64,000 nucleotides of DNA, taken from contig CACZIT010000008.1 of NCBI GenBank assembly GCA_902781315.1, positions 4,176-68,175 on the forward strand, given 5' to 3'. Numbering within the stretch: the stretch's first letter is position 1; each line of letters opens with the position of its first letter. The position numbers and the translations under genes were made by a program. This DNA is from an uncultured Prevotellaceae bacterium (GTDB lineage Bacteria; Bacteroidota; Bacteroidia; Bacteroidales; Bacteroidaceae). Shown here one piece after another: positions 55,075-64,000 of this stretch. Below the pieces are notes generated by a model that saw nothing but the letters and a program-made list of their open reading frames with translations, searched no databases and was not told where the DNA came from.

Positions 55075-56582
55075 ATATGAGACGATTTATAGTTTTACTG
55101 CTAGGAGTTCTTTCTGTATGTTCCGCTTGTGTTGCCCAAATGCGAACGGATGCCGAGATGGATTCAATAGCCTTGACTGTGCTGGGAAAGAATGCTCAGT
55201 TCGCTAAAGCTAAAGGATATTCGAAGGTACAAGCAGCTCTTAAGAAAGAACGAATGGAGAATCTTACCATTCTGAGCAATGCATCAGGATCTGTTATCGT
55301 TTCTAACCAGAAAAATGTAACTCCCGTGTTGGGATACTCATTTGACCATCGTACTTGCGAAGAACAACCTTGCGGATACAGATGGTGGTTGGAGGCTATA
55401 AATCATTCATTATCAATGAATAAGAGCCGGAAAGCAACTATCAATCCGCCTTCCGACTTTCCCAGGCGGGTTGAGCCAATTGTGACTTCACATTGGAGCC
55501 AATACAGTCCATATAACAATCTTTGTCCAAAAGGAACGTTAGCAGGATGTGTCGCAATAGCAATGGCTCAAATCCTATATACTTATAAATATCCTATTCA
55601 CGGCATTGGAGAAAACTCTTACGATTGGAATGGACAAACACTGACGGCTAACTTTGCAGACACATATTACGATTGGGACCACATGTTGGATAGTTATGGC
55701 AGTACAGACTACACGAATCAGCAAGCAAATGCTGTAGCAGAGTTGGTTTCTCATTGTGGTATTGCAGTGCGCATGAATTATGGCAGCAGCGTTAGTACAG
55801 CGTACTTTTACTATCTATATACTTCTCTTAAGGAATTCTTTGATTATCAAACCGAATCATACAAAGACCGCTCATGGTATTCTGATGAAGAATGGATGAG
55901 AATGATCTTTAAAGACCTAAGTGAGGGTAAGCCTATTGTATATAGTGGTGAGGATGTTGCAGGACAAACTGGCCACGCCTTTATCTTGGATGGATACGAT
56001 GAGAATGGTTTGGTGCACGTGAATTGGGGATGGGGATTTCGCGACGGATTCTATGATCTTGCCCTAGTATATCCATACAACCAACAAATGATTCATGGAA
56101 TCACCCCTCTAAACAACACTATCGACAAAAATATCTATCTTTCAATTCAGCATGCATTGAATGGTTCTGTCCAATTGGTGGTTGAATATGAAGAGTCTTT
56201 CGAATACAAGATTGAGCCTGCTGATGGTTGGCACATCCATTCTGTATCATTCAACGGCAAGGATGTCACTGATGATTTGACATCCGAAAATGAATATAAA
56301 ACTCCAACAATTAAGGGTAATTCTTCTCTTAATGTCTCTTTTGAAAAAACTGACACGAGGATTAGTCAGACGAACAAGAGCCTCATGCATGTGACTGCAT
56401 ATCAAGGGTTAATTAGTGTTACTGGGGCTGAAGTTGGAGAAAACATTTCCGTTTTTACGATAGATGGAAAGGAGTTGCAAAGTGCAGAAACCGACGGTCA
56501 CGGTTCTATAAGTTTCTTTCTGCCTGAAAGTCAGACTTACATTGTGAAAGGTAAGTACAAGACAGTAAAGGTCAGGCTGTAA
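55071..56582 (+). CDS. Peptidase C10 family protein with T9SS C-terminal tail
   Basis: GCVAIAMAQ, GHAFILDG, HVNWGW; tail VFTIDGK...YIVKG...VKVRL; low GC. Confidence 0.88.
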   Translation: MNMRRFIVLLLGVLSVCSACVAQMRTDAEMDSIALTVLGKNAQFAKAKGYSKVQAALKKERMENLTILSNASGSVIVSNQKNVTPVLGYSFDHRTCEEQPCGYRWWLEAINHSLSMNKSRKATINPPSDFPRRVEPIVTSHWSQYSPYNNLCPKGTLAGCVAIAMAQILYTYKYPIHGIGENSYDWNGQTLTANFADTYYDWDHMLDSYGSTDYTNQQANAVAELVSHCGIAVRMNYGSSVSTAYFYYLYTSLKEFFDYQTESYKDRSWYSDEEWMRMIFKDLSEGKPIVYSGEDVAGQTGHAFILDGYDENGLVHVNWGWGFRDGFYDLALVYPYNQQMIHGITPLNNTIDKNIYLSIQHALNGSVQLVVEYEESFEYKIEPADGWHIHSVSFNGKDVTDDLTSENEYKTPTIKGNSSLNVSFEKTDTRISQTNKSLMHVTAYQGLISVTGAEVGENISVFTIDGKELQSAETDGHGSISFFLPESQTYIVKGKYKTVKVRL

Positions 56583-56607
56583 CATTTCATCATATAGAAA
56601 TTATGTC

Positions 56608-56649
56608 AAACGGGCAACCATAGGTTTTAGGCTGATGGTTGCCTGTTTT
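56608..56649 (+). terminator. Intrinsic terminator closing the low-GC operon
   Basis: AAACGGGCAACCAT-N-ATGGTTGCCTGTTTT. Confidence 0.75.
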
Positions 56650-56771
56650 AATATCCCACAATATTGCTCAGGACTAGGTCTCGTTAAAAATTATTATAAG
56701 ATGATGATGATAGTGGGATAATTGGTAGATAATCGTTACCTTTGCATAGAAACAAAGGGAAAAACAAGCAA

Positions 56772-57590
56772 ATGGCAATAGCAAAATGGATTGGAGGCTT
56801 CCTGGGGTTCGTCACTGCGGGCCCGTTGGGAGCTCTGCTGGGATTCGTGCTGGGATCGCTGTTCGAGGGAGGACTCGACATGGTGAACGGACCCGACCAG
56901 AACTACAACAACCGCGAGTATGACGACAGCGACGCCTATCGCCGCTATCAGGAGTACCGGCAGCGACAGACGTATGAGGGACAGCGCAACTCGTTCCTGT
57001 TCTCGCTGCTGGTGCTGGCGGCCTACATCATCCGTGCCGACGGTAAAGTGATGCACTCGGAGATGGAACTGCTGCGCAATTTCCTGCGCCAGAACTTCGG
57101 CGAGCAGGCTGTAGCGCAGGGCGAGGACATTGTAAAGAAGCTGTTTGAACGGCAGAAGCAGGAGGGCACGGCTTATCGCAGCACGATTCGCCAGGCGTGC
57201 CAGCAGATAGCGATGAACATGGACTACTCGCAACGGCTGCAGCTGGTGAACTTCCTGGTGATGATAGCACAGGCCGACGGCAACGTGGTGCAGGCCGAGA
57301 TACAGGCGCTGCGCGACGTGTCAGCCTCGTTGGGGCTGTCGGCTGCCGACGTGGAGTCGATGCTGAACCTGCGCTCAGGGAAGGACGACTTGGAGGCAGC
57401 CTACAAAGTGTTGGGCATCTCGCCCTCGGCCACCGACGACGAGGTGAAGGCTGCCTATCGCCAGATGGCTCTGAAGCACCATCCCGACCGCGTGGCCAAG
57501 TTGGGAGACGACGTCAGGAAGGCGGCAGAGAAGAAGTTTCAGGAAATCAACGACGCAAAGGATAAGATTTACAAGGCAAGGGGGCTGTAA
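56772..57590 (+). CDS. DjlA-like co-chaperone (TerB domain plus J domain)
   Basis: N-terminal TM, IRADGKV TerB-like segment, J domain with HHPD. Confidence 0.88.
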   Translation: MAIAKWIGGFLGFVTAGPLGALLGFVLGSLFEGGLDMVNGPDQNYNNREYDDSDAYRRYQEYRQRQTYEGQRNSFLFSLLVLAAYIIRADGKVMHSEMELLRNFLRQNFGEQAVAQGEDIVKKLFERQKQEGTAYRSTIRQACQQIAMNMDYSQRLQLVNFLVMIAQADGNVVQAEIQALRDVSASLGLSAADVESMLNLRSGKDDLEAAYKVLGISPSATDDEVKAAYRQMALKHHPDRVAKLGDDVRKAAEKKFQEINDAKDKIYKARGL

Positions 57591-57600
57591 GGGAGAGAGA

Positions 57601-57637
57601 GACCCACCCCCTGCCCCTCCCTGTGAGGGAGGGGAGT
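57601..57637. repeat. Intergenic copy of the 37-bp palindrome
   Basis: GACCCACCCCCTGCCCCTCCCTGTGAGGGAGGGGAGT. Confidence 0.9.
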
Positions 57638-57673
57638 AGTATGTCTTTGCAATGCAAAGTCGCCAGAAAAAAT

Positions 57674-57744
57674 GTAGGGACGCGGCGTGCCGCGTTACTT
57701 GGTTTGTTTTCCAACTCCAGTAACGCGATATGCCGCGTCTTTAC
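57674..57744. repeat. REPIN-like inverted pair of GTAG-type REPs
   Basis: GTAGGGACGCGGCGTGCCGCGTTACT and, inverted, GTAAAGACGCGGCATATCGCGTTACT. Confidence 0.75.
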
Positions 57745-57773
57745 ATTTTTTTAATCCGAAAGGCCTTTGGACC

Positions 57774-57847
57774 GCTGCAAAGCAGCATTGAACCGGCCGA
57801 AGGCCATCGAACCGCGCCGTAGGCGCTTCTCAACCGCGCGTCAGCGC
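57774..57847. repeat. Array of four mini-hairpins joined by (T/C)GAACC-type linkers
   Basis: GCTGC-aaa-GCAGC, GGCC-gaa-GGCC, GCGCC-gta-GGCGC, GCGC-gtca-GCGC. Confidence 0.85.
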
Positions 57848-58720
57848 TTATGCCTCAGCCTCGGGTACTGCGGGAGCCTCGGCAGCGGCTTCGGTCTTTT
57901 TCTTCGTCGTGGTCTTGCGGATGGCGCGCTTGCGCTTGGGCTTCTCCTCGCCTGTGGTAGCGTCGATCTTCACACCAGCCAGTTCAGGATCGATCATGAT
58001 GCGGCCGCAATATTCGCAGACGATAACCTTCTTGTGCATCTTAATGTCGAGCTGGCGCTGTGGCGGAATCTTGTTGAAGCAGCCACCGCAGGCGTCGCGC
58101 TGCACGTAGACGATGCCCAGACCATTGCGGGCGTTCTTGCGGATGCGCTTGAAGCTGTTGAGCAGACGCTCCTCGATCTTGGTTTCCAAGTCGCGGGCCT
58201 TAGCCTTCAGCTTGTCTTCCTCCTCACGCGTCTCCTGCATAATCTCATCGAGCTCGTTCTTCTTCTCGGTCAGTGCCACTTCGCGATCCTTCTTCAACGC
58301 CTCGGCCTGCTCGAGGTCTTTGCCGCGCTCGTCGATGCGAATCATGGCTTCCTTGATTTTCTTCTCGCAGAGCTGAATCTCCAGTGTCTGGTATTCAATC
58401 TCCTTGGTCAGCGTGTCGTACTCGCGGTTGTTCTTCACTTCGTCGAGCTGCTTCTGATAGCGGTCCACGTAGGACTGAGCCTCCTGGATTTCGCCTTTCT
58501 TCATGCTGATAGCAGCCTGGAAATCTTTAATTTCGCTCTGGATTTTCTCGATGCGGGTGGTGAGTCCAGCAATCTCGTCTTCCAGGTCTTGCACTTCCAA
58601 GGGCAGTTCGCCACGCAGTGCGCGCTTCTCGTCGATGCCCGACAATGTTGTCTGAAGCTGATAGAGAGTCTTCAGTTTCTCTTCTACCGACAGATCGGTG
58701 GGATCTTTCTTTGTTGCCAT
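57848..58720 (-). CDS. C4-type zinc-ribbon coiled-coil protein
   Basis: Long coiled coil and ACGGCF...VCEYCGRI; downstream of Nif3, the usual Bacteroidota pairing. Confidence 0.9.
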   Translation of the reverse strand: MATKKDPTDLSVEEKLKTLYQLQTTLSGIDEKRALRGELPLEVQDLEDEIAGLTTRIEKIQSEIKDFQAAISMKKGEIQEAQSYVDRYQKQLDEVKNNREYDTLTKEIEYQTLEIQLCEKKIKEAMIRIDERGKDLEQAEALKKDREVALTEKKNELDEIMQETREEEDKLKAKARDLETKIEERLLNSFKRIRKNARNGLGIVYVQRDACGGCFNKIPPQRQLDIKMHKKVIVCEYCGRIMIDPELAGVKIDATTGEEKPKRKRAIRKTTTKKKTEAAAEAPAVPEAEA

Positions 58721-58790
58721 AGATGAAAACCTCCCTTCTTATCCCCCCAAAGGGGGGAGGACCAGCATGGAGGCACGGGTCACATTGTTA

Positions 58791-59594
58791 TTATATATAT
58801 ACTATCGGATTCGTGTTCGTCTCGGCGATGAAGGTCGGCACACCAGGGCACTCGCGGCTGATGATGTCGCGGAAGATTTCCGTCGTGAACTGCTCGCTTT
58901 CGTAATGGCCGATGACGCAAATCTGCAACTGCTGCTCATGGCCGAAGAACTCGTGATAGCCCATCTCGCCCGTGACAAACGCATCGGCACCCGCCTGCCG
59001 GGCATCGCCCAACAGGAACGCACCGCTGCCGCCACAGATGGCCACACGTTGTATAGGGCGCTGCAGCAATTCGTTAGCACGCACCGAGGCTACGCCGAAA
59101 CGCTCCTTGAGCATCATAATGAACGCGCGAGCCTCCATCGGCTGGGCCAACGTGCCTACGACACCACTGCCGTAAGCCACCTCCTCGCCGGAGAGCGTCA
59201 TCTGCCGCCGTTGCGAGGGCAGGAAGTCAACACCGGAGAGTCCCATCTTGGCTGCCATGCGGAAGTTCACGCCATCCTGGGCATTGTCCATATTTGTGTG
59301 CATGGCCATGATAACGACGTCGTTCTTGATGGCCTTGATGACGGCACGCTCCACGTAGTTTCCGTCGCTGACGTGGGCCAGCTTACGGAAGATAAGCGGA
59401 TGGTGGGCCACAATGAGATTACAGCCCCGGCGAATGGCCTCGTCGACCACTGCCTCCGTCACGTCCAAACACAATAATGCCCCTGAAATCTCCGCCTCTG
59501 TCAGTCCAACCTGCAGGCCAGCATTGTCGTAGCTCTCCTGCAAGGGCAGAGGCGCGAATCGTTCAAGGGCATCCATCACCTTTCTTATTTTCAC
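58791..59594 (-). CDS. Nif3-like dinuclear metal centre protein
   Basis: QESYDNAGLQVG, AHHPLIF, MHTN.D, IGHYESE; GTG start. Confidence 0.9.
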   Translation of the reverse strand: MKIRKVMDALERFAPLPLQESYDNAGLQVGLTEAEISGALLCLDVTEAVVDEAIRRGCNLIVAHHPLIFRKLAHVSDGNYVERAVIKAIKNDVVIMAMHTNMDNAQDGVNFRMAAKMGLSGVDFLPSQRRQMTLSGEEVAYGSGVVGTLAQPMEARAFIMMLKERFGVASVRANELLQRPIQRVAICGGSGAFLLGDARQAGADAFVTGEMGYHEFFGHEQQLQICVIGHYESEQFTTEIFRDIISRECPGVPTFIAETNTNPIVYI

Positions 59595-59728
59595 GCCAAA
59601 TGTACTATTAACGATTTACCAATTTGCGGAAACATGCAGCGGCACACGAGCCGCATTCCGCAATTTGGGTGCAAAGATACAAAGAAGTCGTCAAACGACA
59701 AAATGAATAAACATTTTTTTGCACTTTT

Positions 59729-60634
59729 CTACCACTCTCGCAGGCTGGCACGGGCCTCGATGCGGTTCTCGACGTCGTCGGCCAGGAGGGGGTAGAAGTC
59801 GATGCCCGTGATGCGCTCTATGTCGTCGACCGAGCACATGCAATCCGACATGCGCTGCTGGCCGCCTCGGTTCTCGTAGATGAAGCCGATGGCCTTGGGC
59901 TGCCTACCGCGGCAGAGCACCACCTTGAAGAAGGCGTCGGGCACCCACACCTTGTTGCGGCCGATGTACTTCTGAAACGCAGAGGCACGCATCTTGCCAT
60001 CCGAGCGTGTGGCAGTGCGATAAACGGGTCCGCAGACGATGTCGACAGAATTGTACTCACGGGCCCAGTCGCGACATTGTATTTCCAGATCGTTCCAGGC
60101 GTTCTTATTCAGTCCGTGGTTCTGTGGGCAGATATTGGAGAGCAGGAACGTTTGGCTCATCGACTGCTCGCTCCACTTGTTGTCACCAGCCGGACACATG
60201 TGGCCGCGGTCGTAGCGTGAGTTGTAGTAGTCGTCGAGTGTGGCACGTGGAGCTGGCACGCTGCTATCCTCCTGGAAGGCCTGCGTCTCGCGCTGAATGC
60301 GGCCGTACGTGTGGCTCTTCGTCAGGTGCCACGCCACCCAATTCGGGGTCTTCGTGGTCTTGTTGTAGGAAATCGTGAAGCCCTGGCGGTGGAGTATCAC
60401 CTCGGGTCGGTCGGTGAGGCGTGCCGGTACCTCATACATCTTGATAGTAGTGTTGCCAGCTCCTGCCGACGAGGTGGAAGCCGTGGCCTCAGCGCCTTGC
60501 TGTGCTGCCGACTGCGCTGCCCGCTGATCGTAGAAATCGCTTATCTGCCCGTCGGCAGCTGAGCGGTCGGACTGATTGTTGCATGCCACGCACAAGGTCG
60601 CAGCGAGCAGGAAAAAATACAGTTTTTTCATCAT
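59729..60634 (-). CDS. DNA/RNA non-specific endonuclease lipoprotein (NucA/EndoG type)
   Basis: YDRGHMCPAGD, NICPQNHGLNKNAW, GIDFYP; lipobox LCVAC. Start moved to MMKKL. Confidence 0.9.
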   Translation of the reverse strand: MMKKLYFFLLAATLCVACNNQSDRSAADGQISDFYDQRAAQSAAQQGAEATASTSSAGAGNTTIKMYEVPARLTDRPEVILHRQGFTISYNKTTKTPNWVAWHLTKSHTYGRIQRETQAFQEDSSVPAPRATLDDYYNSRYDRGHMCPAGDNKWSEQSMSQTFLLSNICPQNHGLNKNAWNDLEIQCRDWAREYNSVDIVCGPVYRTATRSDGKMRASAFQKYIGRNKVWVPDAFFKVVLCRGRQPKAIGFIYENRGGQQRMSDCMCSVDDIERITGIDFYPLLADDVENRIEARASLREW

Positions 60635-60714
60635 CAGTTGTGCTAATATTTTAACTTCGCCTGCAAAAGTACGAAAAAAGGTTGAGAAATGGATGCTATC
60701 TGTCAAGAAAAAAA

Positions 60715-61986
60715 TCAGACCGTCTTAGCTACGAGGATGTCATCGATGTTCGTGGTGTACTGCCGGGAGAGGTATTCGTGCTTGAGACCGAAGCGCACGT
60801 CGGTGCCTTGCGTAGCCACGCGCACCGTGTCGTGGCCATTGCGCCGGTTGATTTCGTCGATGGCATCGAGCAACGCTTTCTGCTTTGTGCGGTCAACAGG
60901 ATCGAAGAGGTCTTGCTGTATGGCCCGTGCCGACGTGATGTTCCAGATGATGACGCCTGCTTTCTTGAAAAGCCCCTCCTGCAGCTTGGCCTTGAGCATG
61001 CCGACGGCAGTTTTCACGATTTCGGCCGTGTCCTGCGTGGGCACCGACAACTGCACCGACTGCTGCAGGTAGCAGAGCGGCACGTCCTCGCGAAACGGAC
61101 TGGTGTGGGCAAACACCGTGATGCCTTGGCAATAGGAACGCTGGCGACGCAGCTTGGCGGCACAGCGTGCGGCGAAATTGGCAACGGCCTCCTCCAGGAT
61201 GGCTGGATCGCTGATGCCCTGCCCCGAAAAGCTGCGGCTGGTGCAGATGGACTTCTTCTCGCTCATGTCTTCCAGCACGATGCAACTCTCACCGTTGAGT
61301 TCCTTCCACGTGCGCACCGTAGTGACGCTGAACTTACCGCGCACCCAACTCTCTTTCTGGCTGGCAAAATCGGCAGCCGTCGTGATGCCATGATAAGCCA
61401 GTTGCTTGGCAATGCGGCGACCGATGCCCCAAACATCCTCCACGGGGAAGAGACGAAGGGCCTTCAGCCGCTGCTCGTCGGTACCAATCAGGCAACATCC
61501 CCGGTAGCCCTTGTATTTCTTGGCAAACTTACTGGCCATCTTGGCAAGTGTCTTCGTGGGAGCGATGCCCACGGAAATAGGAATGCCCGTGGCCCGCTTC
61601 ACCCTTCGGGCTATCTGCTCGCCATAGCGCTTGATGTCGCGGTTGGCATCCATTTCAGTAAGGTCAAGGAAAGCCTCGTCGATGGAATAGATGTCGAGCG
61701 AAGGCGTGTACTGACTGAGCAGCGACATGACGCGCCCCGAGAGCGAGCCGTAGAGGGTGTAGTTGCTGGAGAACACGGCCACATGCTCGCGCTCAAGCAG
61801 TTCCCGCACCTGAAAGAATGGGGCGCCCATTTTCAGCCCCAGTGCCTTAGCCTCTTCCGACCGCGCAATGACGCAGCCGTCGTTGTTGGATAGCACAACG
61901 ACGGGTTTGCCTGTGAGCTCCGGATGGAACACGCGCTCGCAGGAGCAATAGAAGTTATTACAGTCTGCAACGGCGAAGAGTGACAT
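60715..61986 (-). CDS. umuC: Y-family DNA polymerase V catalytic subunit
   Basis: DCNNFYCSCE, SNNDGCVIARS, YSIDEAF, GIAPTKTLAK, C-terminal DUF4113-type LSRQYTT. Confidence 0.92.
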   Translation of the reverse strand: MSLFAVADCNNFYCSCERVFHPELTGKPVVVLSNNDGCVIARSEEAKALGLKMGAPFFQVRELLEREHVAVFSSNYTLYGSLSGRVMSLLSQYTPSLDIYSIDEAFLDLTEMDANRDIKRYGEQIARRVKRATGIPISVGIAPTKTLAKMASKFAKKYKGYRGCCLIGTDEQRLKALRLFPVEDVWGIGRRIAKQLAYHGITTAADFASQKESWVRGKFSVTTVRTWKELNGESCIVLEDMSEKKSICTSRSFSGQGISDPAILEEAVANFAARCAAKLRRQRSYCQGITVFAHTSPFREDVPLCYLQQSVQLSVPTQDTAEIVKTAVGMLKAKLQEGLFKKAGVIIWNITSARAIQQDLFDPVDRTKQKALLDAIDEINRRNGHDTVRVATQGTDVRFGLKHEYLSRQYTTNIDDILVAKTV

Positions 61987-62008
61987 GAGGGGGAGTTGGG
62001 AGTTGAGA

Positions 62009-62053
62009 GTTCTTTCTCCGCTTCGCTACGAAAGCGTCGCTTCGCGCCGAGCG
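62009..62053 (+). repeat. 45-bp mini-hairpin element nested in GAGAGTT heptamers
   Basis: Differs from 10222-10266 at three positions. Confidence 0.9.
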
Positions 62054-62108
62054 GAGAGTTGAGAGTTGAGAGTTGAGAGTTTAGGCTATTAACTTACTTT
62101 CCCTGACC

Positions 62109-62567
62109 TTACTGCGGTTTCTTGGCGGGATGGATGACGTAGGTGACTACGCCCCAGATAATGAAGTCGTTGGAAGCATCCACACGAATGGGCGGGAAAT
62201 GGTTGTTCCACGGCTGCAGCCAACCGAAGGTTCCGCTCTCATCCATCCGAAACTGCTTGATGGTAAACTCGCCATCTACATAGGCAATGACGAAATCGCC
62301 GTCGCGGGCTTCGAGTTCCTTGTCGACCACAGCCAGATCGCCGTCGAGGATGCCGGCATCGGTCATCGACTCTCCAGAGATACGCACGTAGAACGTTGCT
62401 TCCCGATGGCGCACCAGGAGTTTGTTCAGGTCGATTTCCTCGCCCATGTAGTCTTGCGCAGGCGAAGGAAAACCGGCCCGTACACTGCTTTGGGCCAGGG
62501 GTATCAGCAATTCGCTGTCGGTGTTGGCTTTGTGGAACGTCAGCCGAATATCGGATGCTTTGCTCAT
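62109..62567 (-). CDS. umuD: UmuD-like S24 peptidase
   Basis: VRAGFPSPAQDY (Ala-Gly cleavage site), GESM, FTIK; upstream of umuC. Confidence 0.9.
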   Translation of the reverse strand: MSKASDIRLTFHKANTDSELLIPLAQSSVRAGFPSPAQDYMGEEIDLNKLLVRHREATFYVRISGESMTDAGILDGDLAVVDKELEARDGDFVIAYVDGEFTIKQFRMDESGTFGWLQPWNNHFPPIRVDASNDFIIWGVVTYVIHPAKKPQ

Positions 62568-62792
62568 TTCAATCGGTAGGAGAAAAAGGGGAGCAGTGCG
62601 GCGGCAGTTAGCTAAATGGTAGTGCGAAATGCGAAGTGAACCATGCGGCGTGCAGTTGTGCTGAACTTTGCGCCGTGAGGTGGTCACTAAGACCATGCCG
62701 GCCGTTCCGAGCCGACAACCAGATCATAAAGTCCGAAGACTTCGTTTTTTTAGCTCACCCTGTCGCGCCGCTATCTGCTCCCCGGTTTGGTT

Positions 62793-63269
62793 TTATTTCT
62801 TCTGCGTGGCAACGCCGTTTTCCAGCTCTGTGGCAAAGTTCAATGCCTGAATCTCCATGTCGAGCTGTCGCAGTTGCTGCGAGTAGGTGTCAATCTGCTT
62901 GCGCAGGGTGGGCACGTCGACGGTGGTGACGTAGCGAATCTCGTTGCGGCCGTAGCGGTCTTGCGACTGCGACGCGCGGTCGAAGGCTTCGCGCAACACC
63001 TGCACGCGCTTGCCCAGCACATCGCGCGCAGCCATCATCTGTGTGAGTGTCTTGCCATCTTTCAAGGTGTGCATGTTGGTGGCATTGATGCGATACATCA
63101 TGTCCTCCAGCTGCACCAGGCAGGCATCGAGTTCCTTCATCAGGTCGGCAGGCTGCTCGGTGGGAGCATCGCCTTCCTGCACTTTCATGTTGTTGAGCAG
63201 GCGCACCTTGATTTGTTCGATACGCGTCTGCAAATCCTTGCGGATACTGAGTCCTTCTGCTAGTTTCAT
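62793..63269 (-). CDS. DIP1984-family protein
   Basis: MKLAEGL.R.DLQ.RI...KVQEGD.P and C-terminal IQALNFATEL. Confidence 0.8.
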   Translation of the reverse strand: MKLAEGLSIRKDLQTRIEQIKVRLLNNMKVQEGDAPTEQPADLMKELDACLVQLEDMMYRINATNMHTLKDGKTLTQMMAARDVLGKRVQVLREAFDRASQSQDRYGRNEIRYVTTVDVPTLRKQIDTYSQQLRQLDMEIQALNFATELENGVATQKK

Positions 63270-63297
63270 GGGAATATGGTATTATTTTTAGAATTAA

Positions 63298-64000
63298 TCA
63301 GGATTTCAGGCGTCCATAGCCGTCGAAAGAGTAGCGGCGTGCCACGAAGAGCATCACCACCAGGGCGATGATGGAGGCCGAGAAGTCAGCCACAAGCAGC
63401 AACAGCTGCACGGCGACAGCCTCAACGACCGGCGTGCCGCTGAGCAGCATGGCCCACACCACCAAGGGCGATGCGGCGAGCACGATGCCCGACATGCGCT
63501 TCAGATGCGGCAGCACGGCGGCCTCCAGCGACCGGCGCACATACCACGCCAGGGCTTCAGCGGGCGACGCGCCATTGCCTATTTTGTAGTAATACAACTG
63601 GTCGTGATGAATCAGACTGCGATAGTATACTGACAAGGCATGGCTGAGTGTTTCTGTCATGCTGCCGACGAGGAATCCTGCCACGGGCAGGAGGTATTGG
63701 GCTTCCAACGGGCGTCGCACTCCGAGGGCCAGCAACAGCAGCCATGCTCCCACGACGAGCACCGCCGTCAACAGACCTGCCCCCACGGGCACCAACATGC
63801 GATGGCCGAGCCGGGCCCGGCGCACCACCAGCAACATGCCTCCTGCCGTCATCAGTAGCAGGGCGAGCAGATTAATGGCCCAGTGGTTGAAGTGGAACAC
63901 GAGGTAGAGGCACAAGCCCAACAGCAGCAGGGCGGCAGCCGAGCGTCCGAAGGACTTCAGCACCTTGTCGGCTATGGGCACCTGCAACACGTGCAGCAGA
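63298..64000 (-). CDS. UPF0014/FetB-like ABC-transporter permease, 3' part
   Basis: Multiple TMs, YLLPVAGFLVG, GASPAEAL...VRRSLEAAV.P, MLLSGTPVVEAV; start beyond the window. Confidence 0.75.
   Translation of the reverse strand, partial: LLHVLQVPIADKVLKSFGRSAAALLLLGLCLYLVFHFNHWAINLLALLLMTAGGMLLVVRRARLGHRMLVPVGAGLLTAVLVVGAWLLLLALGVRRPLEAQYLLPVAGFLVGSMTETLSHALSVYYRSLIHHDQLYYYKIGNGASPAEALAWYVRRSLEAAVLPHLKRMSGIVLAASPLVVWAMLLSGTPVVEAVAVQLLLLVADFSASIIALVVMLFVARRYSFDGYGRLKS

Noticed and set aside
60715-62567. umuDC as the marker of an integrated element or with a LexA box
   Set aside because: Host-like codon usage, no integrase or att sites, no recognisable SOS box.
1-64000. tRNA, rRNA, reverse transcriptase (retron/DGR/group II intron), integrase
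   Set aside because: No T-loop/cloverleaf, rRNA-like tract, YxDD RT motif or tyrosine/serine recombinase ORF recognised by eye; tRNAscan and HMM searches would be needed to exclude them formally.

Overview
A 64-kb chromosomal segment of a GC-rich Bacteroidales bacterium. It looks Prevotella-like: TAnnTTTG -7 promoter boxes, T9SS-type C-terminal tails and typical gene content. Housekeeping genes: pyrDK, holA, recQ, umuDC, Nif3, zinc-ribbon protein, DjlA-like co-chaperone. Carbohydrate genes: GH9, sialidase, fucI/fucP/mutarotase. Regulation and envelope: two ECF sigma loci, a BlaI/BlaR-TonB pair with three visible operators, and three large outer-membrane beta-barrel proteins. Accessory DNA: a low-GC island (AbiH-like, BspA LRR, C10 peptidase) and a Y1/HUH transposase fused to a DprA/SLOG-like domain. 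I found no rRNA, tRNA, CRISPR array or reverse transcriptase. The most unusual signal is a dense set of small repeats: (i) arrays of GNA-triloop mini-hairpins with varying but complementary stems and constant linkers; (ii) 7-9 bp tandem arrays, one translated in frame with only the stop-phase units altered; (iii) a 37-bp C-rich/G-rich palindrome inserted in frame into at least four proteins; (iv) GTAG-type REPs and a REPIN; (v) a dispersed promoter-carrying repeat. Strand bias appears to flip near 24-25.5 kb, and an 830-bp AT-rich gap is an oriC candidate. Coordinates and alignments were read by eye; family assignments rest on motif recognition, not database searches.
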